A DNA stretch of 64,000 bases from the human T2T-CHM13v2.0 reference genome, Homo sapiens. Positions within the stretch are counted from its first letter, which is position 1. Every line of letters starts with the position of its first letter. The translations under genes and the position numbers were made by a program. Shown in pieces: positions 1 through 13,801 of the stretch. Under the pieces are notes generated by a model that was not told the DNA's origin, ran no database searches, and worked only from the letters and a program-made list of their open reading frames with translations. The stretch is taken from assembly GCF_009914755.1 (NCBI RefSeq), contig NC_060926.1. One strand, written 5' to 3'.

Positions 1-190
1 AGGTACTATTCTAAGTGCTTGATAAATATTAACTCATTTAATGTTTCTAAGAGTCTTGTTGTTATAGCATTCTTAAAATATCACCCATTTTACAGATGAG
101 GAAATGGAGTCCCTGAGAGTTAAGTGACTTCCCAAGGTCACATAATTTGCAAGTGGTGGATCAGAGATTTGAAACCAGGTGAAGTCTTCT
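1..190 (-). mobile_element. MIR SINE fragment
   Basis: Reverse complement of the MIR core: cccattttacagatgaggaaa...gttaagtgacttcccaaggtcaca...gatttgaaaccagg. Confidence 0.85.
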
Positions 191-1110
191 TTACCTCCCT
201 TATTTGTTCTTCCCTGTCCTCATCAGTGGTGTAAGATGTTTCATCTCTACCAAAACCTTTATTCCAGCCTCCTTCACCTGGGAGTCCCAAGACAGGTAAT
301 CTATATCAGCAAGAGAGACAAAACAAGGACCTATTTATGTACAGTTGCCCACACTGAAAAATGTGTAGTCCCAGATAAAATTCTACCCAAGGGCATCATG
401 ATGCCAGACACAGAGTGGAGAGGGTGGCAAAGGAACGTAGGAGAAAGAAGAAGGGAAAAGGAGCCATTTTTAACACTTGCATTGAGCCAATGTGGTGCTG
501 ATTGAATGGCCAATGACCCTTTGCGTAAAGACTGTTACCATTATTCACTGGACCCCTTCCCTGCAAAGAATAAGCCTTTATTCTTTCTAATGAAGGAATA
601 GGACAGTGTACCTTCCTAGCTATTCCAGGACATAGCAGCAGTGTTTTATGAGGGACTTTGATATTTTATTCACCAAATGGCCTCATAAGTTAGATTTATT
701 TTTCATGTCCATCTTCCAAATGGTTTCCCTGGGCTTTAGAGATAAGTTGTTGCTTAAAGGCATAATACCTCTAAGATAAGACTGAAACCTAAATTTAAAT
801 GTGGGGCTTCTTTATTTGGAGAAATTTCCTTTAGGATGTTTTACAAATAATGAACCTCGAAAGCACAATCTTGTAAGGAGAAGATGTTTTGCAACAGAAA
901 GTACAGTGATAGCTTATCTTTGGCTACATTACATAGTTTCTCCTTTCCTGGCTATAATTATAAAAATAAAGACCACCATGTTTAAAGTTGACTCCTGACC
1001 AGTTACCACCATTCTTGTACCTACATCCAGTTCTGAATTACTCTGAAGGGTTAGTGGGTCAAATGGATAATTCTCCCTCAAGTAGTCTTGTAATTTAACT
1101 AGGAGTATAG

Positions 1111-1402
<292 letters not shown>

Positions 1403-1536
1403 GCAAACCTTTTGTTTAAAAAATACTACTCTCTTTTTATATATTTTCCCCTTTGACATTCTTCTGTGCCCTAAGGCTAAACTATAAACTCTGTCTCTAC
1501 TAAGATTTCTGTTCCTGATTCTATCTCCCATAGCAA

Positions 1537-1616
1537 AAGAGAAGGAGAAAGAGAGAGAGAGAAAGAGAGATAGAGAAAGAGAAAGAGAGAGAGAGAAAGA
1601 GACAGAGAGAGAGAAA
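1537..1616 (+). repeat. (GA)n/(GAAA)-rich purine microsatellite
   Basis: gagaaagagagagagagaaagagagatagagaaagag... seen directly. Confidence 0.9.
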
Positions 1617-3469
1617 CTCTATGAAGATTCACTTCTGATGTTGTCATTATGCAAAATTACAGGAGAGATATTGCAATCAACTTTCACTAGGCATTTTCTT
1701 GTTATCATCTTCATTGGCTAATTAATTGCAGTGGACCTGAGTTGGGAGTTCAATAGTTTTTTCTTTGTTTGATTTTTGGCAGATATTTCTCTCTTTTGAA
1801 TGTTATAATACCTACCATTTAAAAGGCCAATATATAGTTGGTTAAATCTTTGCAATTCTGAACAGTAATAAAAAGAATGAGTGGTAAATAAATGGCAGAT
1901 AAGATTTATCTGTTAGAGCTTATATTAATCTTTTCTGGGTTGAAAGGTATTTAAAAATATTAGTCCAGATAAACATATTGCCAATCTGCCTTTCATTTTA
2001 AATGAATCCCATTTCTTTTGTCTGCATTTCAATCCACTTTAAGGAGTCACAAATAAAATATATTCTATCATAAGAATCATAAAACGCAGGTGTTGGGATG
2101 AAAGAGCCTCTTAGCACTGCGCTTTATGGGGATATAAAGGAGATATATAATACAGTTAAAAGAAAGTTTGCTTTGCCTTTGTTTCCTCTGAGAAAGAATT
2201 TAAGAGTGTTGGTCCACCTAGGAAAAAAACATGTAAACGAGCAAAGTGCTTAAAAAGTAAAAGGGGACAAAAAGCAAAAGCCGAAGAAAGCCTTCCTTCA
2301 CAGTGGGAACATCCATGAATGTATGTTGTAAGTAAGATGTTTTGATTAAATGGCATTATAAATACACAACCTGAAAAGGATAAGAATGTCCATATCACAA
2401 CTATCATTTATTACTTCCCAGTTTATTTTTGTTTCTAAGAAACCGAAGTGGGCAACATATCTAAAAGTCGTCACCATACCCACTCAAAACGCATTCCTCG
2501 GCTTTGTGCACCTGGGTTACAGAGTATTTGTAAACCCTGTCCAGGAAAATGATGGATGAGCCTTGGTCAGCTTTGGCATCCTCCAGGACTCCAGACAAAT
2601 GCAAATTTGTGGATCAAAGGCAGCAGCAATCAATCCATGTCTGTTACTAGGCAGCAAGGGCATTAGAATAATGATGAGACCATGTCTTCCAACAAAGTAA
2701 ATCAGACAGCACCACTAGTGGGGAAGCTCCATCTGTCCTTGAAAGGACTTGACACGCAGTCAGGCTCCAGGACCAAGTAAATACCTGTGAGCTTTTTAAA
2801 TGGATGCTTCCCTTGGGGTTAGTATTTATTTGTACCTTGATTTCAAATGTTTCTGAAGTCTGACTCAACCTTTTGCCAAAGACCAGATGGGTGGAAATGA
2901 GCTGACATCCTGAACTTCAATTAGGCCCTGGAGGTAATGTCTTCACAAATGGCCTTTCACTGGCGGTCGAAAGCCTCCGGTGTTTACCCTCAAAAGCTAC
3001 TGGCAGAAGTCATCATTCAGGAAGACTGAGCACTTTCAAAAGTGCTCTTTTTGGCTCTTAAAATGTACAACAAAAAAGTTTTGTGTTAAACTGTTGCTTT
3101 CCTTAGGCATGGCAGAATGTGTTTAGTAACAATAAATTCAAGGAAAAAAACTGCAAAGCTACTTCCTTTGGTCAATAAGACTTTTTTTCAAAGATGTGAC
3201 CATGATGGGTCCCTCAGGTGTAAACAATGGGGAACAAGTTACCAAAGACCAAAGGATCAAAAAGGGATACGAGGGAGAGTATTGACAAGGTGTGGAGTTA
3301 GTAATTTTTCAGATGTGAGAACAGCCATAGAAGATCCACGTGTTTAACTTCCTCTCTGGAACAAAAGACCATTAACATGGAAAGTTCCATTAGAGGGTTG
3401 AAAATGACCCTTGAAAAATAAGTGCAAAGAAACCAGGGGAAGAAAACCCCAAAGCAATGATGAGGAACT

Positions 3470-3600
3470 GAGCAAGCACAATATGCCAGGCCATTCCCTA
3501 TGGCTGGTTTATGTTACCTCCTGTAATACTCATGGCCATCCTGCAAGGTGGTACTCTTCTCTCCTCTTACAGAAGACTGACCTGAGGTTCAGTAATATAT
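3470..3600 (-). mobile_element. Degenerate MIR fragment
   Basis: atgccagg...cctgcaaggtggtact...ttacagaagactgacctgaggttcag resembles antisense MIR. Confidence 0.5.
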
Positions 3601-3985
3601 GTTTTCATCTCAACCAAAATTAAGTTCTGAAAGAGGGCTGCCTGTCCCTTTGGGTGTACAGTTTTTCCCACATTGCCCTTAAGTGGTATTTACACTTGCA
3701 AGAGTTTGCATTTTCCTAACAGCCACAGTGGTTAGGTTAGCTTATGTTCTGCATGGTGAGAAAAATAAAAGGCTTATTCTCATGTAGCTCCTTATTGCCA
3801 CACCACTTGGAGACATACAAGATTCTAATTTTCAGCTCTTGCTGATGTTCATATTTGGGGTCACAGTTGGCCTCATGCCATTTTTGATGTGTATCCACAA
3901 TAGAAAAATAAAATAATCTATCACTTGATAGCAGTTTGCCATTCATAAAATTATAGCACGCATTCTTTAAAAATGTAAAGTTCTA

Positions 3986-4080
3986 AAATCAGTTCTTAAA
4001 ATTGTTAGTTATATGTCTTAATATCCAGAATAAATCAGTTCTCAAGATTGTTAGTTATATGTCTTAATATCCAGAATAAA
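3986..4080. repeat. 46 bp tandem duplication (2 copies, 2 mismatches)
   Basis: aaatcagttct(t/c)aa(a/g)attgttagttatatgtcttaatatccagaat starting at 3986 and 4032. Confidence 0.95.
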
Positions 4081-4959
4081 TTTAAAAAAAACTAAGTATT
4101 CCCTGAAGCTTCTTAAAGTTATTTATATAAAAAAAATTTTTTTAATTTTGTCATGTTTTTCTAAATATTCCAGCCAAAATAGTTAGATGTCATTACCCGT
4201 TCTCATTTCATGGGATAATAATAAAAAGACATTAAGGCAGAAATATGATTTTAGTTCTATAAGACATGTATTTTATTTATATCTGACATCAGAATTATCT
4301 AAGACAATAAAAGTCACCCATATTATTTTCCATGAAAGGTGAGCTCTTGTATTTTGTTTCTGAAGAGGGGAGAGAAGAGATGAGAGAAAACTAAACAATA
4401 AGAATCAAGTCAGAGGAAAAACTGAATTGAAGAAGACAAAGATAATTCTACAGTAAAATTGCAAAGGGATTTTTAATTTTAAGTGATCAAACCGTTCATT
4501 TGAAGTGGCTCATATTGCTTTTCATTCATCAAATCTATCTCGTGATTATTTTTAATTGAAATCCATTAAGGACTTGAGTTGTCTGTTTGAGTGAACGCAG
4601 CATCTGCTGAGGAGATGATCCTAATTCTGAAAAGTAGCTGAAAGACCTCCATTGACAGCTTGATTACATGTATATTATATGCAAGTATATATATATATGT
4701 ATATACATCTACACACATACACATGCATATTTTTATTAAAAGCTATGTGTTTTACATGGCTTACTTAATCCTCATAATATTTTTCAGATTAGATACTGTA
4801 TTATGACTATGTATAGTTATAATATAATGGAATCAAATTCAGATATATCTTATTTCAAAGTCTACGATTCCAAAATTCCATAATACCACTAAATGTTCCT
4901 ATATTAACATAAATTAATAATTATAATAGGAAGAACTTGTTATACTTACTCTCTGCCAT

Positions 4960-5110
4960 CACTAATTTAAGAACATTTAACTCAGTCTCAATAACCACAA
5001 CATATTATTAATACTTTCCTTTTACACAAAGCACAGAAAGGTTAAGTAACTAGCCCAAGGTCACAGTGCTCATAAGTGAAGGATCTAGGATTCCAATGTA
5101 GGAGGAGTCT
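4960..5110 (-). mobile_element. MIR fragment
   Basis: gcacagaaaggttaagtaactagcccaaggtcacag...aagtgaaggatctaggattc. Confidence 0.75.
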
Positions 5111-5271
5111 TTATCTTGTGCTTCACAGTATTTCCTGCATGTCACAGAGACTAGTTGCAAGTTATATGCCATATAAAAATATCTGTTATTTAAATATCAA
5201 ATGGCAGTTTCAGGCTTTGAGCTGCAGTCTAACTCTGAAGTCAATGCTTTTTCTACTAAATTAGTTGGTCT

Positions 5272-5420
5272 TAGCTGAACTCAGTACTGCATGCCTGTAG
5301 TCAGCTACTCAAAAGGCTGAGGATCACTTCAGGTCAGGGGTTTGAGACTGTAGTGTGCTATGATTATGCCTGTGCATAACCACTGTTCTCCAGCCTGGGA
5401 AACATGGTGAGAAACACTCG
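5272..5420 (+). mobile_element. FAM (fossil Alu monomer, 7SL-derived SINE)
   Basis: Single arm carrying the FAM-type segment tgtagtgtgctatgattatgcctgtgcataaccactgttctccagcctggg, which is absent from dimeric Alu arms. Confidence 0.8.
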
Positions 5421-5525
5421 GAGGGAATGAAGGAAGGAAGGAAGGAAGGAAGGAAGGAAGGAAGGAAGGAAGGAAGGGAGGGAGGGAGGGAGGGAGGGAG
5501 GGAGGGAAGAGAAAAGAAAAGAGAG
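5421..5525 (+). repeat. (GGAA)11-(GGGA)8 compound microsatellite at the FAM tail
   Basis: GGAA x11 at 5432-5475 followed by GGGA x8 at 5476-5507. Confidence 0.95.
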
Positions 5526-5635
5526 GCTACTATCCTTCTTTATCATTATGTAAAAGACAACCACTTTAACAGAAAAATGTGTAGAAAGGCATCCAGCTCT
5601 TTGTATTTGTCTTATGTTATTACACACTGGTATTC

Positions 5636-8600
5636 ATTTTTGTTTAAAATTTTCTGGGCACATGGTGGGTGTATATACTTATTGAGTACATGAGATATTT
5701 TGATACAGGCATATAATGCATAATAATTACATCAGGGTAAATGAGGTATCCATCACCTCAAGCATTTATCCTTCCTGTTACAAACAATTCAATTCTACTC
5801 TTTTAGTTGTTTTTAGATGTAGAAATAAATTAATGTTGACTGTAATCACCCTGTTACTCTATCAAATAGTAGACCTTACTCATTCTTTCCAACTATATTT
5901 TTGTACCCATTAACCATCCCCACTCCCTCACCCTTGCCAAGATGTGTTACCCTGCCCAGCCTCAGTTCACCATTATTCAACTCTCTATTTCCATTCATTC
6001 AATTGTTTTAATTTTTAGCTCCCACAAGTAAATGAGAACATGAGATGTTTGTCTTTCTGTGCCTGACTTATTTCACTTAACATAATGACCTACAATTCTA
6101 TCCATGTTGTTGCAAATGACAAGACCTGATTATTTCTTTATGGCTGAACAGTACTACATTGTCTATAAGTACCACATTTTCTTCATCCATTCATCTGTTG
6201 ATGGACACTTAGGTTGCTTCTAAATCTTGGCTATGAATGAATAGTGTTGCAATAATTATGCGAGTGCAGATATTTCTTTGATCTACTGATGTCCTTTCTT
6301 TTGGGTCTACACCTAGGATTGGGAATGCTGAATTGAATGTTAATTCTGTTTTCAGTTTTTTGAGGAACCTCCAGACTATTCTCCATAGTGGTTGTACTAA
6401 TTTACATTCCCATCAACAGTTTACAAGGGTTACCTTTTCTCCACATCCTTGCCAACATTTGTTATTGCCTGACTTTTGGATAAAAGCCATTTTAACTGGG
6501 TGAGATGATATCTCATTGTAGTTTTAATGTGCATTTCTCTGATAGCATTGAACACTTTTTCATATGTCTGTTTGCCATTTGTGTGTCTTCTTTTGAGAAA
6601 TGTCTATTCAGATATTTTGCCCATTTTTGATTGGATTCTTAGATATTGTCCTATAGAGTTGTTTTCGTCCTTTATATATTCTGGTTATTAATCCCTTGTC
6701 AGTTGGGTAGTTGCCAATTTTCTCCCATTCTGTAGGTTATCTCTGCACTTAGTTCATTGTTTCGTTTGCTGTTCAGATACTTTTCACTTCATGTAATCAT
6801 ACTTGTCCATTTTTTGCTTTAGTTTCCTTTGTTTGTAGGCTATTACTCAAAAAATCTTTGCCCAGTCCAACGTCCTGGAGAGTTTTCCCAAATTTTTTGT
6901 AGTACTTTTATTGTCTAAGGTCTTAGATTTAAATCTTTAAACTATTTAGATATGATTTTTATACGTGGTGAGAGATAGGGGTATAGTTTCATTCTTCTGC
7001 ATATGGATATCTGATTTTCCAAGCACTATTTATTTATTTATTTTAATAGGTTTTGGGGGAACAGATGGTGTTTGGTTACATGGATAAGTGTTTTTAGTAG
7101 TGATTTCTGAGATTTTGGTGCACCCATCACCTGATCAGTGTACACCGTACCCAATGTGTAGTCTTTTATCCCTAGTTCCCCTCCCATCCTTCCCTACCAA
7201 GTCTCCAAGACTCATTTTATCATTCTCATGCCTTTACATCCTCATAGTTTAGCTCCCACTTATAAGTGAGAATATACAATGTTTGGTTTTGCATTCCTGA
7301 GTTACTTCACTTAGAATAATGATCTCTAATTCCATCCAGGTTGCTGTGAATGCCATTATTTCATTCCTTTTCATGGCTGAGTAGAATTCCATGGTGTATA
7401 TGTATATATATATATGCCATTTTTGTATCTAGTCATTGATTGATGGGCATTTTGGCTGGTTCCATATTTTTGCAATTGCAAATTTTGCTGCTATAAACAT
7501 GCATGTACAAGTGTATTTTTCACATAATGACTTCATTTCCTCAGAGTGGATACCCAGTAACAGGATTGCTGGATCAAATGATAGATCCACTATTAGTTCT
7601 TTAAGGAATCTCCATACAGTTTTTCTTAGTGGTTGTAGTAGTTTACATTCTCACTAGCAGTGCAAAAGTGTTCCCTTTTCACGACAACCACACCAATATC
7701 TATTTTTTTTTATTTTTTATGACCATTCTTGCAAGAGTAAGGTGGTATCAGATTGTGCTTCTGACTTGCATTTCCCTGATCATTACTGATATTGCACATT
7801 TTTTCATATATTTGTTGGCCTTTTGTATATCTTCTTTAGAGAATTGTCTATTCATGTCCTTAACTCACTTTTTGATGGAATTGTTTGCTTTTTTAACTTT
7901 CGTTGTTGTTGTTGTTGTTCTTGTTGTTGATTTGAGTTGCATGTAGGTTCCAAATACTAGTCCTTTGTTGAATGTGTAGTTTGAAAATATTTTCTCCTAC
8001 TCTATGGGTTTTCTGTTTACTGTGCTGATTATTTCTTTTGCTATGCAGAGGCTTTATAGTTTAATTAAGTCACGTCTATTTATCTTTGTTTTTGTTGCAT
8101 TTGCTTTGGGGTTCTTGGTCAGGAAGTCTTTGCCTAAGCCAATGTCTAGAAGGGTTTTTCTGATGTTATCTTCTAGTGTGTGGTTTCAGGTCTTAGATTT
8201 AAGTGTTTGATTCATCTTGAGTTGATTTTTGTGTAAGGTGAGAAATGAGGATCCAGTTTCATCCTTCTACATGTGGTTTTCCAATTTTCCCAGCACCATT
8301 TGTTGAATAGGATGCTTTTTCCCCACTTTATGTTTTTGTTTGCTTTGTCGAAGATCAGTTGCCTGTAAGTATTTGGCTTTATTCCTGGGTTTTCTATTAC
8401 ATTTCACTGGTCTATGTGACTATTTTTATTCCAGTATCATGCTGTTTTAGTGAATATCACCTTACAGTATAATTTGAAGTCGGGTAATGTGATGCCTCCA
8501 GATTTATTCTTTCTGCTTAGTGTTGCTTTGGCTAGGTGGGCTATTTTTTTGGCTCCATATAAATTTTAAGATTTTTTTTTCTAGTTCTGTGAAGAATGAT

Positions 8601-11600
8601 GATGATATTTTGATGGGAATTGCATTAAATTTCTAGATTGCTTTTGGCAGTATGGTCACTTTCACAATATTGATTCTATTCATCCATGAGCATGGGATGT
8701 GTTTCCACTTGTTTGTGTCATCTGATTTCCTTCAGCAGTGTTTGAATCAATGTACACAAATCAGTAGAACTGCTATACACCAACAGCAACAAAGCTGAGA
8801 ATCAAAAGAAGAACTCAACCCCTTTTATAATACCTGCAAATAAATAAATAAATAAATAAATAAAATATTTAGGAATATACCTAACCAAGGAAGTGAAAGA
8901 CCTCTCCAAGCACCATTTATTGAACTAACTGTCCTTTCCTCAATATATGTTTTTGGCACATTTGTACAAAATGACTTTATTTTAGATGTATAGATTTGTT
9001 TCTGGTTTCTCTATTCTGTTCCATTGGTCCATGTGCTTGTTTTTATGCCAGTACCATATAGTTTTGATTATCACAGCTTTATAGTATAATTTGTGGTCAT
9101 GTTTTGTGAGTCCTCCAGTTTTGTTCTTTTTGCTCAGGATGTCTTTGGCTATTCTGTGCCTCTTGTGGCTCCATGTAAATTTTTTTCTATTTTTGTGAAG
9201 AATGTTATTGGTGTTTTGATAGAGAGTGAATTGAATCTGTAGATTGCTTTACATAGTATAAGCATTTTAATTCTACTGATTCTTTTAGTCCACATAAACA
9301 TGGGATATCTTTCCATTTTTCTTTTATTCTCTTCAACTTTTCTTCAATGTTTTATAGTTTTCATTGGACAGATCTTTAACTTCTTTATTTAAGTTAATAC
9401 ATAAGTATTTTATTTTATTTTTAGCTATTATAAATGGGATTACTTTATTTATGTCCTTTTCAGATTGTTCACTGTTGGCATATAGAAATGTTACTAATTT
9501 TTTTATGTTGATTTTGAATCCTGCAACTTTTCTGAATTTCCTGAATAGTTCTAAGAGTATTTAGGTGGAGTCTTCAGGTTTTTCCAAATATAAGATCATA
9601 CTATCTGCAAACAAGGATAATTTCATTTCTTCCTTTCCAATTAAATGCCTATTATTTTTGTCTCTTGTCTGATTGCTCTATCTAGGACTTCCAGTACTAT
9701 GTTGAATAACAATGGTAAAAGTGGTCATCTCTGTAGTGTTCCAGATATTAAGGAGTTTTTATTTTTCTAGCTATGATACTAGCTGGGGGTCTGTTGTATA
9801 TGGCTTTTATTATGTCGAGGTATGCTCCTTCTATACCCAGTTTTTGAGAGGTTTTATCATAAAGGAATGTTGAATTTTATCAAATACTTTTCAGCATTAA
9901 TTGAAATGGTCTTACGATTTTTGTCTTTAATTCTGTTTATATAATGTATCACATTGATTGATTTGCATATGTTGACTCTCCTTGTATCCCTGGGATATTT
10001 CCCACTTAGTCATGATGAGTGATCTTTTAAGCGTGTTGTTGAATTCAATGTGCTAGTATTTTGTTGAAGATTTTGCATGAATGTTCATCAGGGATTTGGG
10101 TCTGTAGTTTCCTCTTTTTGATGTGTCTTTGGTTGTGGCATCAGGTTGATACTGGCCTTGTAGAATTAGATTGAAAATAGTCCCTTCTCTTCTATTTTTG
10201 TGAATAGTTTGAGAATTGGTGTTCTTCTTTAAATGTTTGGTAGAATTTATCAGTGAAGCCATCTGTGCTTTGGTTTGATGGGAGACTTTTCATTATAGCT
10301 TTTATCTCATTACTTGTTATTGGTATTTTCAAGTTTTTTATTTCTTCATGGTTCCATTGTGGTAGGTTGTATATGTCTAGGAATTTATCCATTTCATCCA
10401 GGTTTTCCAATTTACCAGCACATAGTTGCTCAGAGTAGCCCTTGATGATCCTTTGAATTTCCGCAGGAACAGCTGTAATATTGGCCTGTTCATTTCAGAT
10501 TTTATTTATTTTGGTCTTCTTTCTTTTTTCTTAGTCTGTCTAAAGGTGTAAAAATTTTGTTTATCTTTTCAAAAAGCATACTTTTGGTTTTGTTGATCTC
10601 TTGTATTGTTTTCTTTGTTTCAATTCATTTATTTCTGTTCTGATCTTTATTATTACCTTTCTGCTACTATTACTGTCTTTTCTTGGTTTTCTAGCTCTTT
10701 AAGATGTATCATTAGGTTGTTTATTTGAAGTTCTTCTATCTTTTTGATGTAGATGTTTATTGCTATAAACTTTCCTCTTAGTTCGGCTGTATCCCACAGA
10801 TTTTGGCATACTGTGTTCATTATCATTTGTTTCAACAAACTTTTAAATTTCTTGCCTAATTTATTCATTGACCCACTGGTCATTCAGGAGCATATTGTTT
10901 GATTTCCATATGTTCATATCGTTTTCATAATCCCTCCTTACTGATTTCCAGTTTTATTTTATTGTGGTCAGAGAAGATGCTTGCTATTATTTTAATTTCT
11001 TTGAATGTTTTAAGACTTGTTTTATGGCCTAACCTATGGTCTATCCTTGAGAATAAGCCATGTGCTGAAGAGAAGAATGAGTATTCTCTATGCTGGGTAA
11101 AGTGTTCTGTAAATATCTCTTAGGTCTACTTGGTTTATAGTGCAGAATAAGTCCAATGTTTCTTTGTTGATTTTCTGTCTGGAAGATCTGTCCAAAGCTG
11201 AAAGTGGGATGTTGAAGTCTCTAGCTATTATTGTATGGAGGTCTGTCTCTCTCTCTCTCTCTCTTTCTCTAAAAATATTTGCTATAGATATCTGTATGCT
11301 CCAGTATTGGGTGAATATACATTTAAAATGGTTATATTCTCTTGAATAATTGACCCTTATCACTATATAGTGACATTTTTCTCTTCTTATATATTTTGTC
11401 TTGAAATCTATTTTATCTAATATAAATATAGGTACTTCTGCTCATTTTTGGTCTCCATTTGCAGGAAATAATGTTTTTCTATCCCTTTATTTTCAGTATG
11501 TGTGTTTCTTTAGAGGTAAAATGTGTTTCTTATAGGTAATATATTGTTGTGCCCTGTTTATTTTTTTCCCTATTCAGCCACTGTGTGTCTTTTGATTGTA

Positions 11601-13801
11601 GAGTTTAGTACATTTATATTCAATGTTATTATTGATTAGCAAGGACTTACTCCTGCCATTTAAAAAAAAATTCTGGTTATTTTGTGGCCTTCTCTTTTTC
11701 CTTTTCTTCTTTCTTGTCTTCCTTTTGGTGAAGGTGATTTTCTCTGGTGGTATGTTTTAATTTCTTGATTTTTATTTTTTGTATATCTGTTGTATGTTTT
11801 TTGCTTTGAGGTCACCATGAGGCTTGAAAATACGATCTAATAACCCATTTTTTCAAAACTTATTACAACTTAGCACGGATTGCAGAAACAAACAAACAAG
11901 CAAATAGAAAAATAACAAAAACTCTACACTTTAAGTTCCTCTCTCAGCTTTTTAATTTTTATTGTTTCCTTTTCTCATTGTACTATGTCTTGAAAAGTTG
12001 TTGTAGTTATTATTTTTAATTGGTTCATCTTTTAATCTTCCTACTTAATATATGAGTAGTTTACATACCACACTTACAGTGTCATAATATTCCGTGTTTT
12101 TCTTTGGGCTTATTATTATCAGTGAGTTTTGCACCTTGAGATGATTTTTTATTGCTCATTAACATGCTATTCTTTCAGAATGAAGAACTTTCTTGAACAT
12201 TTTTTGTAGGACAAGTATGGTGTTGTTGAAATCCCTCAGCTTTTGTTTCTCCTTCAGGATTGAAGGATATTTTCTCTGGACATACTATTCTGTGATAAAA
12301 GCTTCCCACCCCCCTCCCGCCCGCTCCCCTTTCAGCACTCCAAATATATCATCCCCCTCTCTACTAGCCTGTAAGGTTTCCACTGAGAAGTCTGCTGCCA
12401 GACATTTCAGAGCTCCATTGTGTCTTATTTTTTTTTTCCTGCTTTTAGATGCCTTTATTCTTGACCTTTGGAAGTTTGATTATTAAAAGTCTTAAATAGT
12501 CTTGTTTGCTTTAAATCTGCTTAGTGTTCAATAATATACTTATACTTGAACATTGATATCTTTCTGTAGGTTTTGGAAATTCTCTGTCATTATCCTTTTG
12601 AATAAGCTTTCTACCCCTATCCCTCTCTCTACCTCCTCTTTAAAGTCAATAACTTTAGATATGCCCTTTTTAGGCTATTTTCTAGATCTTGTAGGTATGC
12701 TTCATTCTTTTTCTTTCTTTTTTCTTTTGTCTCTTCTGCCTATGTACACAAATAGACTGTCTTCAAGCTCACTTATTCTTTATTCTGCTTGATCAATTCT
12801 GCTGTTAAGAGACTGATGCATTTTTCAGTATGTCAATTCATTTTTCAACTCTAGAATGGCTACTTTACTTCTTTTAATTATTTCAACCACTTTGTTAAAT
12901 TTATCCGATAGTATTACAAATTTTCTCTGTGTTATTATGGATGTCTTTGAGTTTCCTTAAAACAGGTATTTTGAGTTCTCTTCTGAACGGTCACATATAT
13001 CTATTTCCCTAGGATTGGTCCCTGGTACCCTTATTTCATTTGGCGAAGTCATGCTTTCCTGGATGCTCTTGATGCTTGCAGATGTTCTTTGGTGCCTGGG
13101 CATTGAAGAGTTATTTACTGTAGTCTTTGCATTCTGGACTTGTTTGTACCTGTCATTTTTTGAAAGGTAATCACCGCAGCATTATGTGCATTTGGGGAAC
13201 CTCAATCTCAGTAACACTGTGGCTTTTGCAGAATCATAGAAGTAGTACCTTGGTGGTCTTGGATAAGATCTGGAAAAATTCTCTGGATTGCCAGACAGAG
13301 GCTTTAGTTCTCTTCCTTTACTTTCCTCCAAAAAAGGAATGTCTCTCTGTGTTGAGCTTACTGGAGCTAGGCGAGAGGTCACACATATACTCCTATAGTC
13401 ACCACCACTGGGACTATGCTGAATCAGACCTGAAACCAGCACAGTACTGGGTGTCATTCAAGTTCCATGTTCACCATTGCCTGGCTACTACGTATGTTCA
13501 CTCAAGGCCCTAGAGCTCTACATCAGCACATGGTAAAGAAAGCCAGGCTTGTATCTTTCCCTTCAGGATAGTGAGTTTCCTCCAGCCCTGGGCAGTCCAG
13601 ATGCTATCTGGGAGCTAAGGCCCAGAGTCAGAAATCTTAGGAATCTATCTTGTGCTTATTGTACTGTGGCTGAGCTGGCAGCTGAGCCACAAGAAAAAGT
13701 CCTTCTTACCCTACCATCCCCTTTCCAGAAGCAGAGGAATCTCTCCTCTTGGCCTCCACTGCTCCAGGCTTATGGCAGTGGGCTCTTCTCTGGCCCAGGG
13801 C
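5636..13801 (-). mobile_element. Near-full-length L1MA (L1MA1-3-like) LINE-1, decayed, interrupted by an L1PB insertion
   Basis: L1MA-type 3' end (gtacatgagatattttgatacaggcat...), ORF2 remnants (ORF 10192..10410 ENLDEMDKFLDIYNLP; 11088..11363 DFNIPLSALDRSSRQKINKET), ORF1/5'UTR-like region to ~13800; TSD cacactggtattc at 5623-5635 and 13802-13814. Confidence 0.92.
7035..8904 (-). mobile_element. 5'-truncated and 5'-inverted L1PB (L1PB1-like) nested in the L1MA
   Basis: L1PB 3' end (ggggaacagatggtgtttggttacatggataag...), minus-strand ORF2 to ~8744, plus-strand ORF2 piece 8745-8904; TSD tccaagcac(t/c)atttatt at 7018-7034 and 8905-8921. Confidence 0.9.

Noticed and set aside
5364-5693. Repetitive-peptide ORFs (KEGR)n and (PSFL)n
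   Set aside because: They are translations of the GGAA/GGGA microsatellite.
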